From: Candidatus Eiseniibacteriota bacterium
GTDB taxonomy: Bacteria; Eisenbacteria; RBG-16-71-46
DNA: 64,000 nucleotides
Direction: 5' to 3'
Assembly: GCA_963776245.1 (NCBI GenBank)
Contig: CAVZLN010000008.1
Coordinates: 352,001-416,000 of the forward strand
Shown: in pieces, positions 53,232 through 62,859 of the stretch
Position numbering within the stretch: the first letter of the stretch is position 1
How the letters are laid out: each line of letters opens with the position of its first letter
Position numbers and translations under genes: made by a program
Notes under the pieces: model-generated
The model's input: the letters and a program-made list of their open reading frames with translations, nothing else
Database searches by the model: none
What the model was told of the DNA's origin: nothing

Positions 53232-55073
53232 TCAGCGGCGCTGGCCGGCGTTGCGCAGGACGGGCGCCGCGTCGTCGAGCAGCCCGATCGGGACCTCGCC
53301 CGCGTCGGCGATCGGTCCGGTGCCGAGGTGGAGCAGGCCGGCGCGCAGCGCGGCGGTGGCCATCTCCTGCTGATCCGCGGCGGGGATCCACCCGCGCGTG
53401 CGGAGGTCCCGGGCGGGCAGCATCAACAGCACGGGCGGCGGTCCGCCTGCCGCGGCGGATGGCCCGCCGATCGCGCGGCGCGCCAGCCGACCGACCTGGC
53501 CCGCCGAAAGGCGGCCGGGGCCGGGCTCGATCACCGCGAGTCCACCGCCGCGCAGTACGTCGCGGTAGTCCAGGGCGAAGCGCTCGTCGAGCCCCGTGCG
53601 CCCGACCGCGGCAGCGGGCAGCGCGCGGGCGAAGGCGCACTCCGGCCGCCACGCGCGCACCGCCTGCTCGCAGTCCGCGAGCAGGCCGCGGATGGCGGCG
53701 CTCTTGGCGGCCGCGTCCCCGGCCCCGCTCGCCAGCCGCTCGCCGGGGGCCATGAGCGCGTCGTCGTCGAACAGCACGCCGTCCACCGGCAGGTAGACCG
53801 CGAGGTCGGTGAGGAAGTCCACCGCCGCGCGGCGCGCCTCGGGCAGCTCGGGCGAGAGCCGCGTGCTCCATCGTTCTCCGGTGGCGTGGGCCACCCGCCA
53901 TTCGGGGTGACGGTCCCAGTCCCAGGTCAGGTTCATGGTCGGCACGCGCACCCACACGTGGATGCGGGCGGCGGCGAAGCGGGCCGCCACCATCGACCAC
54001 ACGTCCGCCAGCACCGGAAGCTGATGGTTCATGGCGTAGGCGCGCGTCAGCCGGCCGTCTCCGCGCGGGTCGGGGCAGACCGGCAGAATGACGTCCGTGG
54101 CGCCGAGCGCGCGGGCGCGCGTCACCACGCGGTCGAGCCGCGCGCTGAACACGCCGTCGTCGGGATCCCAGATCGAGTCGAGGTCCACTTCCGCCGCGCG
54201 CACCGCGGCGGGCGGCGCGGTGAGCCACGGGTGCGCGGGATCGGCGAACTCCATGCGCCGGGTGACCATCACGCGCGGCAGCAGGCCCGCGCGCAGGTCC
54301 GCGGCGGACACCGGCCGGCCGCCGAGCGCCAGTGTGGCGGTGAAGCCGGCGTGCGCGGCGAGCCCGCGCGCCATCTCGTTGTGCATCCCGTAGGGCCACA
54401 CCAGCACCGCGGCCGGATGCCCAAGGCGCGCGGTGAGCGCGCGCTGGGAGGCGAGCAGGTCCTCTCCCACCCGGCTGCGGTACTCCTCGCGGTCCTCGTA
54501 ACGCTGCTCGGCCGCCCGCCAGGCGCGCGTGGCGATCGCCGGCGCGCTGTCCCCCTGAGGGTCGGAGGTGACGAACTCGTGCTGCGCGTGCGCGTGCGAG
54601 GCCATCTCCACCTCGCCGGCGGCATCGAGGCGACGCAGCTCGGCCCACGACAGCAGCGGTGGCAGGCCCGCCGGAGGCCGCTCGGGGAACGACGTCACGA
54701 TCGCGAGCGTGGCGCGCACGCCCTCGGCGCGCAGCACCGGCAGCGCGCGCTCGGCGAAGCTCCGGTAGCCGTCGTCGAAGGTGAGCACCATGGTGCGCGC
54801 GGGCAGGCGCTCGGGGTGATCGCGCAGCGCCAGCAGCTCGGCCAGCGATACGAACGTCCACCCGGCGGCCTTGCAGGCGCGGATCTGCTCGCGCAGGAAC
54901 TCGGGCGGCACGGTCTGGAGCGGCGCCGCGGGGTCGCTCGAGAGGTCGTGGTAGCAGAGAATGGCGATCAGCGGGAAGGCCGTCGCGCTGTCGCGCGGCG
55001 CCGGCGCGGCCGCCGCGCCGGCATGCGCCAGCGCCACCAGCGCCAGTGCCGACAGCGCGCCCCGCGCGCGCAC
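53232..55073 (-). CDS. pgaB: PNAG N-deacetylase (CE4) with C-terminal GH153-like domain
   Basis: LCYHD, LTFDDGYRS, SHAHAQH, VWPYG; VDLDSIWDPD, DPRGDG, RLSP, GVLFDDDA; start approximate. Confidence 0.88.
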   Translation of the reverse strand: MRARGALSALALVALAHAGAAAAPAPRDSATAFPLIAILCYHDLSSDPAAPLQTVPPEFLREQIRACKAAGWTFVSLAELLALRDHPERLPARTMVLTFDDGYRSFAERALPVLRAEGVRATLAIVTSFPERPPAGLPPLLSWAELRRLDAAGEVEMASHAHAQHEFVTSDPQGDSAPAIATRAWRAAEQRYEDREEYRSRVGEDLLASQRALTARLGHPAAVLVWPYGMHNEMARGLAAHAGFTATLALGGRPVSAADLRAGLLPRVMVTRRMEFADPAHPWLTAPPAAVRAAEVDLDSIWDPDDGVFSARLDRVVTRARALGATDVILPVCPDPRGDGRLTRAYAMNHQLPVLADVWSMVAARFAAARIHVWVRVPTMNLTWDWDRHPEWRVAHATGERWSTRLSPELPEARRAAVDFLTDLAVYLPVDGVLFDDDALMAPGERLASGAGDAAAKSAAIRGLLADCEQAVRAWRPECAFARALPAAAVGRTGLDERFALDYRDVLRGGGLAVIEPGPGRLSAGQVGRLARRAIGGPSAAAGGPPPVLLMLPARDLRTRGWIPAADQQEMATAALRAGLLHLGTGPIADAGEVPIGLLDDAAPVLRNAGQRR

Positions 55074-55075
55074 GC

Positions 55076-56557
55076 TCAGAAGCTCCAGGTGAGCGAGGCC
55101 TGCCACCAGGCCCGCCGATAGCCGATCTCGCTCTGCAGGCTCGAATCGCTGCGCCCGCCCTCGAGCGCGCAGGCGAGGGAGCGGGCGAACGTCCGCTCGA
55201 CGCTGCCGCCGAGGGTGTAGAACGAGGTCGCCTCGCTGCCCTTCTCCCGTTGCCGGCCGGCCTGCCCGGTGGCGCCCAGCGTCCACTCCTCGCGCGGGTG
55301 CCACTCGGCCTCGGCGCCCGGGCCCCATTCGCGATGGAAGTCGGGAGCGTAGTAGCCGTGGTCGGGGTCCCGGCGCGTGTTGAGCTGCTCGGTGCCGAGA
55401 CTGAGCGCGAGTTCGCCCCGTGGGCCGGAAGCCACCCGCCAGCGCGCCGCGGCGGCCACGCGCTCCGCGCGGTTCTGGTCGCTGTAGAGCCCCTCGCGCG
55501 CCACGGCGTGGAGCGTGAGCCGCTCGATCGGCGACAGGTCCACCGCGCCGGTCCAGCCCAGCATCGAGATGCCGAGCGCCAGCGCGCGGCGGGTGAGCAC
55601 CGGTTCGCGCGCGACCACCGCCTCGAGGCGCACGCGATCCACCGGCCGGCACACCACGCCCAGCTCGCCGCCCGGCTCCACGCCGGGAGCGTCGCCCCAG
55701 TCGGTGTGGGCGAACGTGCCGTAGGCCGACCACACCACGTCGAATCGCGCCCGCAGCCCGGCGGAGAGCCGCAGCGGGTCGGCGGTGCCGTCGGCGTCCA
55801 TCACGTTGTCGCGGTGCCAGCCGACCACGCCCGCGGCGCCGCGCGCGAGCGGCCAGCTCAGCTCCATGCCGGTCGAGCGCACGCGCAGCTCGTCGCTGTC
55901 GTCCGCGCGGCCGCCCTCGATGCGCAGGCTGGCACCCTCCTCCCGCGCGATGCGGGCCGCCAGCTCGCGGGCCTCGCGGTCGTCGGACACGCGCCGCCCG
56001 TACGCATCGAGCGCCCGCCGCGCGCCGTCGGGGTCGCCATCCCAGTAGCGCGCGAACGCCAGCGCCTTGAGCGCGTCGGGATCGCTCCCGGGCTCGCCCG
56101 CCAGCGCCTCGAGTTGCCGCGCCGCGCGGCGGTGGCGGCCCTGCCAGTTCTCCTGCATCGCCAGCGCGAGCCGCGCCGCGGCGAGATCGGCGCGCAGTTC
56201 GTCCGCGCGCTCGGGATGGTCCGCCACCAGCCGCTCGTAGAGGACGACCGACTCGCGGGCGTGGCCCGCCTCGCCGGTGATCCCCGCCTGCAGCCAGCGC
56301 AGGCCGAACTCGTCTCCCCCGCTCGCGAGGGCCACCCGAAGCACGGCCAGCGCCGAGTCGTAGCGCGCGCCGTCGGCCAGCGCCCGCGCCACGTACCACG
56401 GATCGTCCGCCGTGGTCGGCGCGAGAGCGGCCGTGACGCGCGCCGGCTGCACCGCGCCGTTCGCCGGGCGGGCGGCGGCCGCCGGTGCCGCGGTCAGCGC
56501 GAGCCCGATGACGACCGCGAGGAGCGGGGCCCACCCATGCGTGCGCGCGGCGCTCAT
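55076..56557 (-). CDS. pgaA: TPR + outer-membrane beta-barrel export protein, PgaA-like (compact)
   Basis: Signal peptide, TPR-like helices, amphipathic strands, GYYAP motif, C-terminal ...LTWSF; between pgaC and pgaB. Confidence 0.7.
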   Translation of the reverse strand: MSAARTHGWAPLLAVVIGLALTAAPAAAARPANGAVQPARVTAALAPTTADDPWYVARALADGARYDSALAVLRVALASGGDEFGLRWLQAGITGEAGHARESVVLYERLVADHPERADELRADLAAARLALAMQENWQGRHRRAARQLEALAGEPGSDPDALKALAFARYWDGDPDGARRALDAYGRRVSDDREARELAARIAREEGASLRIEGGRADDSDELRVRSTGMELSWPLARGAAGVVGWHRDNVMDADGTADPLRLSAGLRARFDVVWSAYGTFAHTDWGDAPGVEPGGELGVVCRPVDRVRLEAVVAREPVLTRRALALGISMLGWTGAVDLSPIERLTLHAVAREGLYSDQNRAERVAAAARWRVASGPRGELALSLGTEQLNTRRDPDHGYYAPDFHREWGPGAEAEWHPREEWTLGATGQAGRQREKGSEATSFYTLGGSVERTFARSLACALEGGRSDSSLQSEIGYRRAWWQASLTWSF

Positions 56558-57822
56558 CGCTGGGACTTCCACTGGGACACCGCGCCGCGGCGCGTCCGGC
56601 GCACCAGGCCGCCCGGGGTGGCGAACACGGTGATGAGCGACATCAGCATCCAGTACACGATCGGATAGCTCACCGCGACCGGGAAGTGGCGCAGCACGGT
56701 GCGGTCGTAGCGCGAGTCGAGCAGCACGCCGGTGAGCAGCTGGGTCACGCACAGCGTGCCGATGGTCATGCCCCACCAGTTCGGGATCGGCGAGGCGCCG
56801 ACCGGCGGCACGCCGACCGCGTACGAGAGCATCCACAGCGTGGTGAGCACCAGGAAGCAGTACGACCACGCGATCGAGAGCAGTGCCTCGTAGAACACCG
56901 GCCACATGCGGCGCATGCGCCAGGTGACCAGCAGGCGGGCGTGGCGGCGCAGCACCTGCGCCAGCCCGCTCGCCCAGCGCCGGCGCTGCTTGATGAGCGC
57001 GCCGAGCGTCGGTGGCACGTGCATCCACACCAGCGCGCGCGGCTCGTAGCGGACGTCGTACGCGGCGCACTGGAGCTTCCACGTCATGTCGATGTCCTCG
57101 GTGGCCATCTCGGGGCTGTAGCACCCGACGTCGACGAGCGCGCTCTTGCGGAACGCGCCCACCACGCCGGACATGGTGAGGATGCGTCCCCAGATGCGCT
57201 GCGCGCGGCGCAGCAGGCTCACGATCGAGGTGAACTCGATCAGCTGGAGCTGGGACAGGAAGGTCACGCGGTTCGCGACGCGCGGGTTGCCGGTCACCCC
57301 GGCGACCCGCGCGGACTCGAAGTGGGGCACCATCCAGCGCAGGATCTGCGGGTCGGGGCAGGCGTCGGCGTCCATGACCAGCAGGATCTCGCCGCGCAGG
57401 CAGGGCAGGGCGTCGTTCATCGCCATCGCCTTGCCCTCGTTGCGCTCCTTGGCGATCAGGCGCACCTTGCCGCGCTCCACGAACGGGCGCACCACCTCGC
57501 GGGTGGCATCGGTGGAGGCGTCGTCCACCACCACCACCTCGTAGCTCGGGTAGTCGATGCGGGTCGCCCAGTGCAGCGTCTGCGCGATGACCTTCTCCTC
57601 GCAGTACGCCGGGATCAGCACCGTGACCATCGGGTAGCGCGCGAGCGGCCGCGGCTCGGGCGAGCCCTCGTCGCCGCGCTCGCGGCGCACGTAGAAGTGG
57701 AGCCCGGTGGTCACCCACACCAGCGCGCTGAGCACCGGATAGACCGCGAAGAAGCCCAGCGCCCACGCGTACACGGGCTGGGTCTGCACCGCGACCAGGA
57801 AGTCGACCAGCGCGTGCTTCAT
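56554..57822 (-). CDS. pgaC: Poly-beta-1,6-N-acetylglucosamine synthase (GT2)
   Basis: DDASTD, NEGKAMA, MDAD, TGNPRVANR, TEDID, KQRRRWASG, WPVFYE. Confidence 0.93.
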   Translation of the reverse strand: MKHALVDFLVAVQTQPVYAWALGFFAVYPVLSALVWVTTGLHFYVRRERGDEGSPEPRPLARYPMVTVLIPAYCEEKVIAQTLHWATRIDYPSYEVVVVDDASTDATREVVRPFVERGKVRLIAKERNEGKAMAMNDALPCLRGEILLVMDADACPDPQILRWMVPHFESARVAGVTGNPRVANRVTFLSQLQLIEFTSIVSLLRRAQRIWGRILTMSGVVGAFRKSALVDVGCYSPEMATEDIDMTWKLQCAAYDVRYEPRALVWMHVPPTLGALIKQRRRWASGLAQVLRRHARLLVTWRMRRMWPVFYEALLSIAWSYCFLVLTTLWMLSYAVGVPPVGASPIPNWWGMTIGTLCVTQLLTGVLLDSRYDRTVLRHFPVAVSYPIVYWMLMSLITVFATPGGLVRRTRRGAVSQWKSQR

Positions 57823-58262
57823 CCCGATCGCTCCGGCGTGCTCTCCGGCGGCCGGCCCACCGGCCCGCCGGTGGCGTAGATCTTGGCGCCGTGGCGCACG
57901 CGGACCGACACCACCGCCGCCACCGTGCAGATATCGGGCACGGTCGGCATGAGCACCTCGCGGCCGACGGTGTCGTGCGAGAAGTCCTCTGTCACCGCCC
58001 GCACGCTCCGGCGCGCGCCGCGCCGGCGGAAGATCCACACGTTGTGGAGCGTCCAGGCGACGGTGAGCGCCACGATGACCACCAGCGCGATGGCGACGAA
58101 CAGCAGCGTGTAGCGGATCTCGGACGCGCCCACGCGACGGAACACCAGCCACCACCAGTAGACGAACAGCGCCCAGCCGGCGATCGCCAGCACGGTGTGG
58201 AACGCGCGGCGGAGCGGCCCGGCCTGGGTCGGAGTGAGGCTCTGGCGATCTGGATCGACCAT
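57819..58262 (-). CDS. pgaD: PgaD-like two-TM accessory subunit
   Basis: Two TM helices then WTLHNVWIF.RR, resembling the PgaD WxxYNxxRF motif; overlaps pgaC start. Confidence 0.6.
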   Translation of the reverse strand: MVDPDRQSLTPTQAGPLRRAFHTVLAIAGWALFVYWWWLVFRRVGASEIRYTLLFVAIALVVIVALTVAWTLHNVWIFRRRGARRSVRAVTEDFSHDTVGREVLMPTVPDICTVAAVVSVRVRHGAKIYATGGPVGRPPESTPERSG

Positions 58263-58488
58263 CGAGGACGTCCCTGCGCTCGAGTCGCGCGCCGGCGGAC
58301 CGCGCCGCGGTGCGGCGGGCGGCCGGCACGGAGGGCCCCGGACTGGGGCCGACCCCAGAGCTATCGGCAGTTCGGGGCCCCGGCTGGAGGGCGGGGGAAC
58401 GCGGCCGCCGCGGCCCGCGGAGGGGCGCCCACGGCGGGCGGGTCACGGCCCGCGGAGGCGCGGGTGGAGCGCGCCGCCGCGGTGAGCC

Positions 58489-59692
58489 CTACCAGCCTCC
58501 GCCGTGGGCGGGCGGCAGTGGGCGGGTCACGGTCTGCGGGGGCGCGGGGGTCGCGGGGAGCACCGGCGTCGCGGGCGGCGCGGCGCCGGGCGGCCCGGGC
58601 CGGGTGCGCGGGATGGAGTCCCCCGCGGTGCGGCGCGGCGCGTCGTGCTCGTCCTCGATCTCGCCCACGATCTCCTCGAGGATGTCCTCGAGCGTCACGA
58701 TGCCGAGGAAGTGATGGTCGGCGTCGCGCACCACCGCCATCGGGCGCTTCTCGCGCCGGAAGATCTGCGAGCAGGCGCGCCACCGGCAGGTCGGGCGCGA
58801 CGAACAGCGCGGGGTACATGGCGTCCATCAGGATCACCAGGCCGCGCAGGCTGAAGAGGTGGAACAGGTCCTTGGTGTTGACGATCCCGACGATGTTGTC
58901 GGGCGTGTGCTCCCACACCGGCATGCGGGTGTGCGCGGTCTCGCGGGCGGTCTCCAGCACCTCGGCCTCGGAGGCGGCGAGCGAGAGCGTCACCACCTTC
59001 TCGCGCGGCACCATCGCGTCGCGCACCGTCTTGTCCGACAGCTCGAACAGATTGCGCACGTAGGCCGCCTGGTCGGTGTCCATCAGGCCGGCCTCCTCGC
59101 TCTCCTCGACCAGCATGTCGAGCTCCTCGAGCGTGTGGACCTGCTCCTCGACCCGCGCCGGCGGCAGGCGCATGACGCGCACGAAGAACCCGCTCGAGAC
59201 GTTGATGAACGCGATGAAGGGTCGGAACAGGCGCCCGAACAGGAGCAGCGGCCCGCCGAGCAGGAGCGCGATCTGCTCGGCGCGCTGGAGCGCGATGGCC
59301 TTGGGCACCTGCTCGCCCAGCACGGTGTGCAGGTAGGTGATGACGAGGAACGCGAGCGCGATGGCGGCGCCGTGGACGAACACCTCGTCGATCGGGTGCG
59401 GGAGGCGCGCGAACAGCGGCACCAGCAGGTGGGCGATCGCGGGCTCGCCGATCCAGCCCAGCCCCAGGCTCGTGAAGGTGATGCCGAGCTGGCAGGCGGC
59501 GATGGTGCCGTTGATGTCCTCGATCGCCGCCTTCACGGCGGTCGCGCCGAACACGCCCTTGTCGACCAGTTCGTCGACGCGCGTCCACCGTACGGTGACG
59601 ATCGCGAACTCGGCCGCCACGAACACCGCGTTGAGCGCCACCAGCAGCGCCAGCCCGATCAGGGCCGAGGTATCGAGCAGGGGTTGGGGCAT
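58489..59692 (-). CDS. CNNM/HlyC-CorC family protein (DUF21 + CBS), apparent indel near 58765
   Basis: [61 protein letters not shown]. Confidence 0.9.
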
Positions 59693-59711
59693 GGCGGGGT
59701 GGGGCGCGGCG

Positions 59712-60314
59712 CTACTCGTCGATCGCGCGGCGCCCGTCCATGGCGCGCGCCAGCGTGACGAGGTCCGAGTACTCCAGGTCCGAGCCCATCGGCACGCCGC
59801 GGGCGATGCGCGTGACGCGCACCCCGAGCGGCTGGAGCAGCTTCGAGAGGTAGAGCGCGGTGGCCTCGCCCGCCACGTTGGGATTGGTGGCGAGGATGAT
59901 CTCCTGCACCTCGCCGGCCTTCATGCGCTCGAGCAGCTGGCGGATGCGCAGGTCGTCGGGATTGGTGCCGTCGAGCGGCGAGAGCGCGCCGCCCAGCACG
60001 TGGTAGCGCCCGCGGAACTGCGCGGTGCGCTCGATCGCGAGCATGTCGGCCGGCTGCTCGACCACGCACAGCACGCGCGCGTCGCGCTGCGGGTCCTGGC
60101 ACAGCGCGCACGGGTCGTCCTCGGCGAAGTTGCCGCACACCGAGCAGAAGCCCACGCGCTCCTTCACCGCGCGGATCGCCTCGGCGAGGCGCAGCGCGTC
60201 CTCGCGCGGCGCGCGCAGCAGGTGGAGCGCCAGGCGCTGGGCGCTCTTCTGCCCGATGGTGGGGAGCTTGAGCAGCTCGTCGATCAGGAGCTCGAGGTAC
60301 TTGGAGGAGTACAT
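59712..60314 (-). CDS. recR: Recombination mediator RecR
   Basis: [45 protein letters not shown]. Confidence 0.97.
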   Translation of the reverse strand: MYSSKYLELLIDELLKLPTIGQKSAQRLALHLLRAPREDALRLAEAIRAVKERVGFCSVCGNFAEDDPCALCQDPQRDARVLCVVEQPADMLAIERTAQFRGRYHVLGGALSPLDGTNPDDLRIRQLLERMKAGEVQEIILATNPNVAGEATALYLSKLLQPLGVRVTRIARGVPMGSDLEYSDLVTLARAMDGRRAIDE

Positions 60315-60333
60315 GGCGGAGGGGCCGGGCCGC

Positions 60334-60636
60334 TCAGAACGGCATCGCGATCCCGCCGGTGATCCTGGCGGTGGCCTCGTCCTTGTGCTTCTTCGCCGTG
60401 CCCTGCGCGTTCTTCACCGCGGTGACGATGAGGTCCTCCAGCAGCTCGCGGTCCGCGAGCGCCTCGGGCTTGATGCGCAGCTGCCGCAGCTCGCCATGAC
60501 CGTTCACCGCCGCCTCGACCAGTCCGCCGCCGGCCGACTCGGCGGGCAGCAACTCGTTCTCGAGCGTCTCGTTCATCTCGGTCATCAGGCGCTGCATCTT
60601 CTGCGCGGTCTTCACCATGTCGCCGAAGCTCTTCAT
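60334..60636 (-). CDS. ybaB: YbaB/EbfC nucleoid-associated protein
   Basis: [24 protein letters not shown]; between dnaX and recR. Confidence 0.92.
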   Translation of the reverse strand: MKSFGDMVKTAQKMQRLMTEMNETLENELLPAESAGGGLVEAAVNGHGELRQLRIKPEALADRELLEDLIVTAVKNAQGTAKKHKDEATARITGGIAMPF

Positions 60637-62513
60637 CCGTCGATCCTCTCCTGGGTGCGCCCGGGGCGGCGCTCGATGACGTCGCCCTGGAAGAAATCGA
60701 TCGCGCGCTCGATCAGCGGCGCGACGTCGGCGGCCACGGCGGGGCGGCGCGGTGCGAGCCCGGCCTCCTCGAGAGGCATGCAGAGCACCTCGAGCGGCCG
60801 TCCGAAGGCGCGGCACAGTTCCTCGACCAGCAGCGCGCGGTTGTCCTTCTCCTCGACCACCGCGCGGTGGAGCCCGTCCATCGCGACCCGCACGGTGCCG
60901 GCGCTGGCGCCGAGAAAACGACAGTCCTCGAGGAACGCTCCGAGCATGCGCTTGCGCTGGTTGACGGCGGCGGTCGCCTGCTGCCAGCAGGTGGTGGCGT
61001 GCGCGTCCGGGGCCGGCGCCTCGGGTGCGGTCAGGACCGCGGTGGCACTCGGAGCGAATGCTGGCGCGCGCTCCGCCGATGCTTCCGCCGCGGGTGCCGT
61101 CATCGGCGCGGCGGACGGGCCGCGCGCGCGCAGCGGTCCGCCGCCACCGGCTGGCGGCGCGCTCGATCCGCCGCGCGGCAGGCCACCCGGCGCGGGCGCG
61201 GCGTTGGGCGCGTGCGCGGGCCCCGGTGCAGGGCGCGCGGGCGCCGCGCCCGGTGCCGGCGCCGAGGCCCGCAGGCCGCCACCCGGGGCGCGCGGCGTCG
61301 CCGCGGGTGCCGCCGCCGCGCCGGGCGCGCCCGCCAGCCGGCGTTCGAGCGCCTCGAGCCGCTCGAGCAGCGCGGCGAGCGTGTCGCCCGCCTCGAGGGT
61401 CGCCATCTGGAGCACCGCGGCCTCGAGGTGGATGAGCGGCTGCGGGCTGTCGCGCATCGGGCCCGAGGCCTCGGACGCCAGCCGCAGCAGGCGCAGCAGG
61501 TCGTTCTCGGCCCAGCCCTCGCCCTGCGCGCGCAGGCGCGCGAGGTCGTCGGGCGTGGCGGCCACCAGGTCGCCGCCCTCGGGATCCACCCGCAGGATGA
61601 GCAGGTGGCGGATGTGCTCGGCCAGCCCATCGGCCAGGTCGCGCGGGTCGAGGCCCTTCTCGAACGCCTCCTGCAGGCGCCGCAGCGCGGCCTTCGGATC
61701 GTGGTTCACGATGGCGTCGGCGAGCGCGAAGAACGCCTCGCGGTCGGCGATGCCCAGCACCCGGCGCACCAGTTCCTCGTCCACCGCGGGCTCGCCCGCC
61801 GAGACCACCTGGTCGAGCGCCGAGACCGCGTCGCGCATCGAGCCCTCGGACTTGTGCGCGATCAGCAGCGCAGCGCCCTCGGTGAGCGTGAAGCGCGTGC
61901 CCTCGGGGTCCGCGGCCTCGGCCGTCTGGATCGCGAGCACGCGGTCGGCCACCCGGCGCAGCGGGACGCGCGCGAAGTCGAAGCGCTGGGTGCGCGAGCG
62001 GATGGTGTCGGGCAGCTTCTGCGGATCGGTGGTGGCGAAGATGAACACCAGGTGCGCCGGCGGCTCCTCGAGCGTCTTGAGCAGCGCCGCGAATGCGTCG
62101 GCCGAGAGCTGGTGGACCTCGTCGATGATGACCACCCGCCAGCCGCCGCCGGTGGGCGAGAACCGCACCTTCTCGCGCAACTGCTGCACGTCGGCGATGC
62201 CGCGGTTCGAGGCCCCGTCGATCTCGGTGACGTCGAGCGAGATGCCGCTGGTGATCTCGGTGCACGAGTGGCACGCATTGCACGGGTCGGCGCCCTTCTG
62301 CACGCCGGCGCGGCGCCGCTGGCAGTTGAGCGACTTGGCGAGGATGCGCGCGGCGCTGGTCTTGCCCACCCCGCGGGCGCCGGTGAACAGGTAGGCGTGC
62401 GCGATCCGGTGGCTCTCGACTGCGCGGGTCAGCACGTCGCTCACGTGGCTCTGCCCGACCAGATCGGCGAAGACCTGGGGCCGGTACTTGAGAGTGAGTG
62501 CGCGTTGGCTCAT
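60633..62513 (-). CDS. dnaX: DNA polymerase III subunit gamma/tau
   Basis: KYRPQ.F.DLVGQ, GARGVGKTS, zinc module, EIDGASNRG, DEVH, LLKTLEEPP, TIRSR, GSMRDA. Confidence 0.97.
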   Translation of the reverse strand: MSQRALTLKYRPQVFADLVGQSHVSDVLTRAVESHRIAHAYLFTGARGVGKTSAARILAKSLNCQRRRAGVQKGADPCNACHSCTEITSGISLDVTEIDGASNRGIADVQQLREKVRFSPTGGGWRVVIIDEVHQLSADAFAALLKTLEEPPAHLVFIFATTDPQKLPDTIRSRTQRFDFARVPLRRVADRVLAIQTAEAADPEGTRFTLTEGAALLIAHKSEGSMRDAVSALDQVVSAGEPAVDEELVRRVLGIADREAFFALADAIVNHDPKAALRRLQEAFEKGLDPRDLADGLAEHIRHLLILRVDPEGGDLVAATPDDLARLRAQGEGWAENDLLRLLRLASEASGPMRDSPQPLIHLEAAVLQMATLEAGDTLAALLERLEALERRLAGAPGAAAAPAATPRAPGGGLRASAPAPGAAPARPAPGPAHAPNAAPAPGGLPRGGSSAPPAGGGGPLRARGPSAAPMTAPAAEASAERAPAFAPSATAVLTAPEAPAPDAHATTCWQQATAAVNQRKRMLGAFLEDCRFLGASAGTVRVAMDGLHRAVVEEKDNRALLVEELCRAFGRPLEVLCMPLEEAGLAPRRPAVAADVAPLIERAIDFFQGDVIERRPGRTQERIDG

Positions 62514-62537
62514 GGGCGTGCGCGTACCGGAGGGAAA

Positions 62538-62635
62538 GGGCCAGGGGGACAGCGGCACACCCGAGGGATCGCTTACCGCTGCTACCTTCCGGTCCTGACG
62601 GGGTTCACAAGCTCGAGTTGCGCTGCGCCTGGCCC
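62538..62635 (-). ncRNA. ffs: Signal recognition particle RNA (4.5S)
   Basis: GTCAGGACCGGAAGGTAGCAGC helix-8 motif; terminal helix GGGCCAGG/CCTGGCCC; upstream of dnaX. Confidence 0.93.
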
Positions 62636-62644
62636 ATATGGAAA

Positions 62645-62720
62645 TGGTGGAGATGATCGGATTCGAACCGACGACCCCCTCGTTGCGAACGAGGTGCTCT
62701 CCCAGCTGAGCTACATCCCC
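62645..62720 (-). tRNA. tRNA-Ala (anticodon CGC)
   Basis: GGGGATG..CCTCG-TTCGCAA-CGAGG..GGTTCGAATCC..CATCTCCACCA; G3:U70. Confidence 0.97.
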
Positions 62721-62797
62721 ACCTGAACTCAAGAAGTGTCCCGACGGCAGCGCCCCGGAGCGGCTCCGGGGCGACCGTCAGCCGCCGAGCGGGCGCC

Positions 62798-62825
62798 ATT
62801 CTAGCGGTTCGCCCGCCGAGGTCAA
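62798..62825 (-). promoter_or_regulatory. Sigma70 promoter for tRNA-Ala-ffs-dnaX
   Basis: TTGACC-16 nt-TAGAAT followed by a GC-rich discriminator. Confidence 0.65.
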
Positions 62826-62859
62826 GCCGTGCATGCCCGCGGCGCCGCGCCGCGGCCGC

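Noticed and set aside
60633..62732. dnaX ORF extended to 62732, and a possible gamma/tau programmed frameshift
   Set aside because: The extension runs through tRNA-Ala and SRP RNA, so the start is 62513; no A-rich slippery heptamer seen
62743..62779. GC hairpin CGCCCCGGAG-cgg-CTCCGGGGCG as a REP element or terminator
   Set aside because: Single copy with no U tract; lies in the tRNA-Ala leader and is probably a precursor structure
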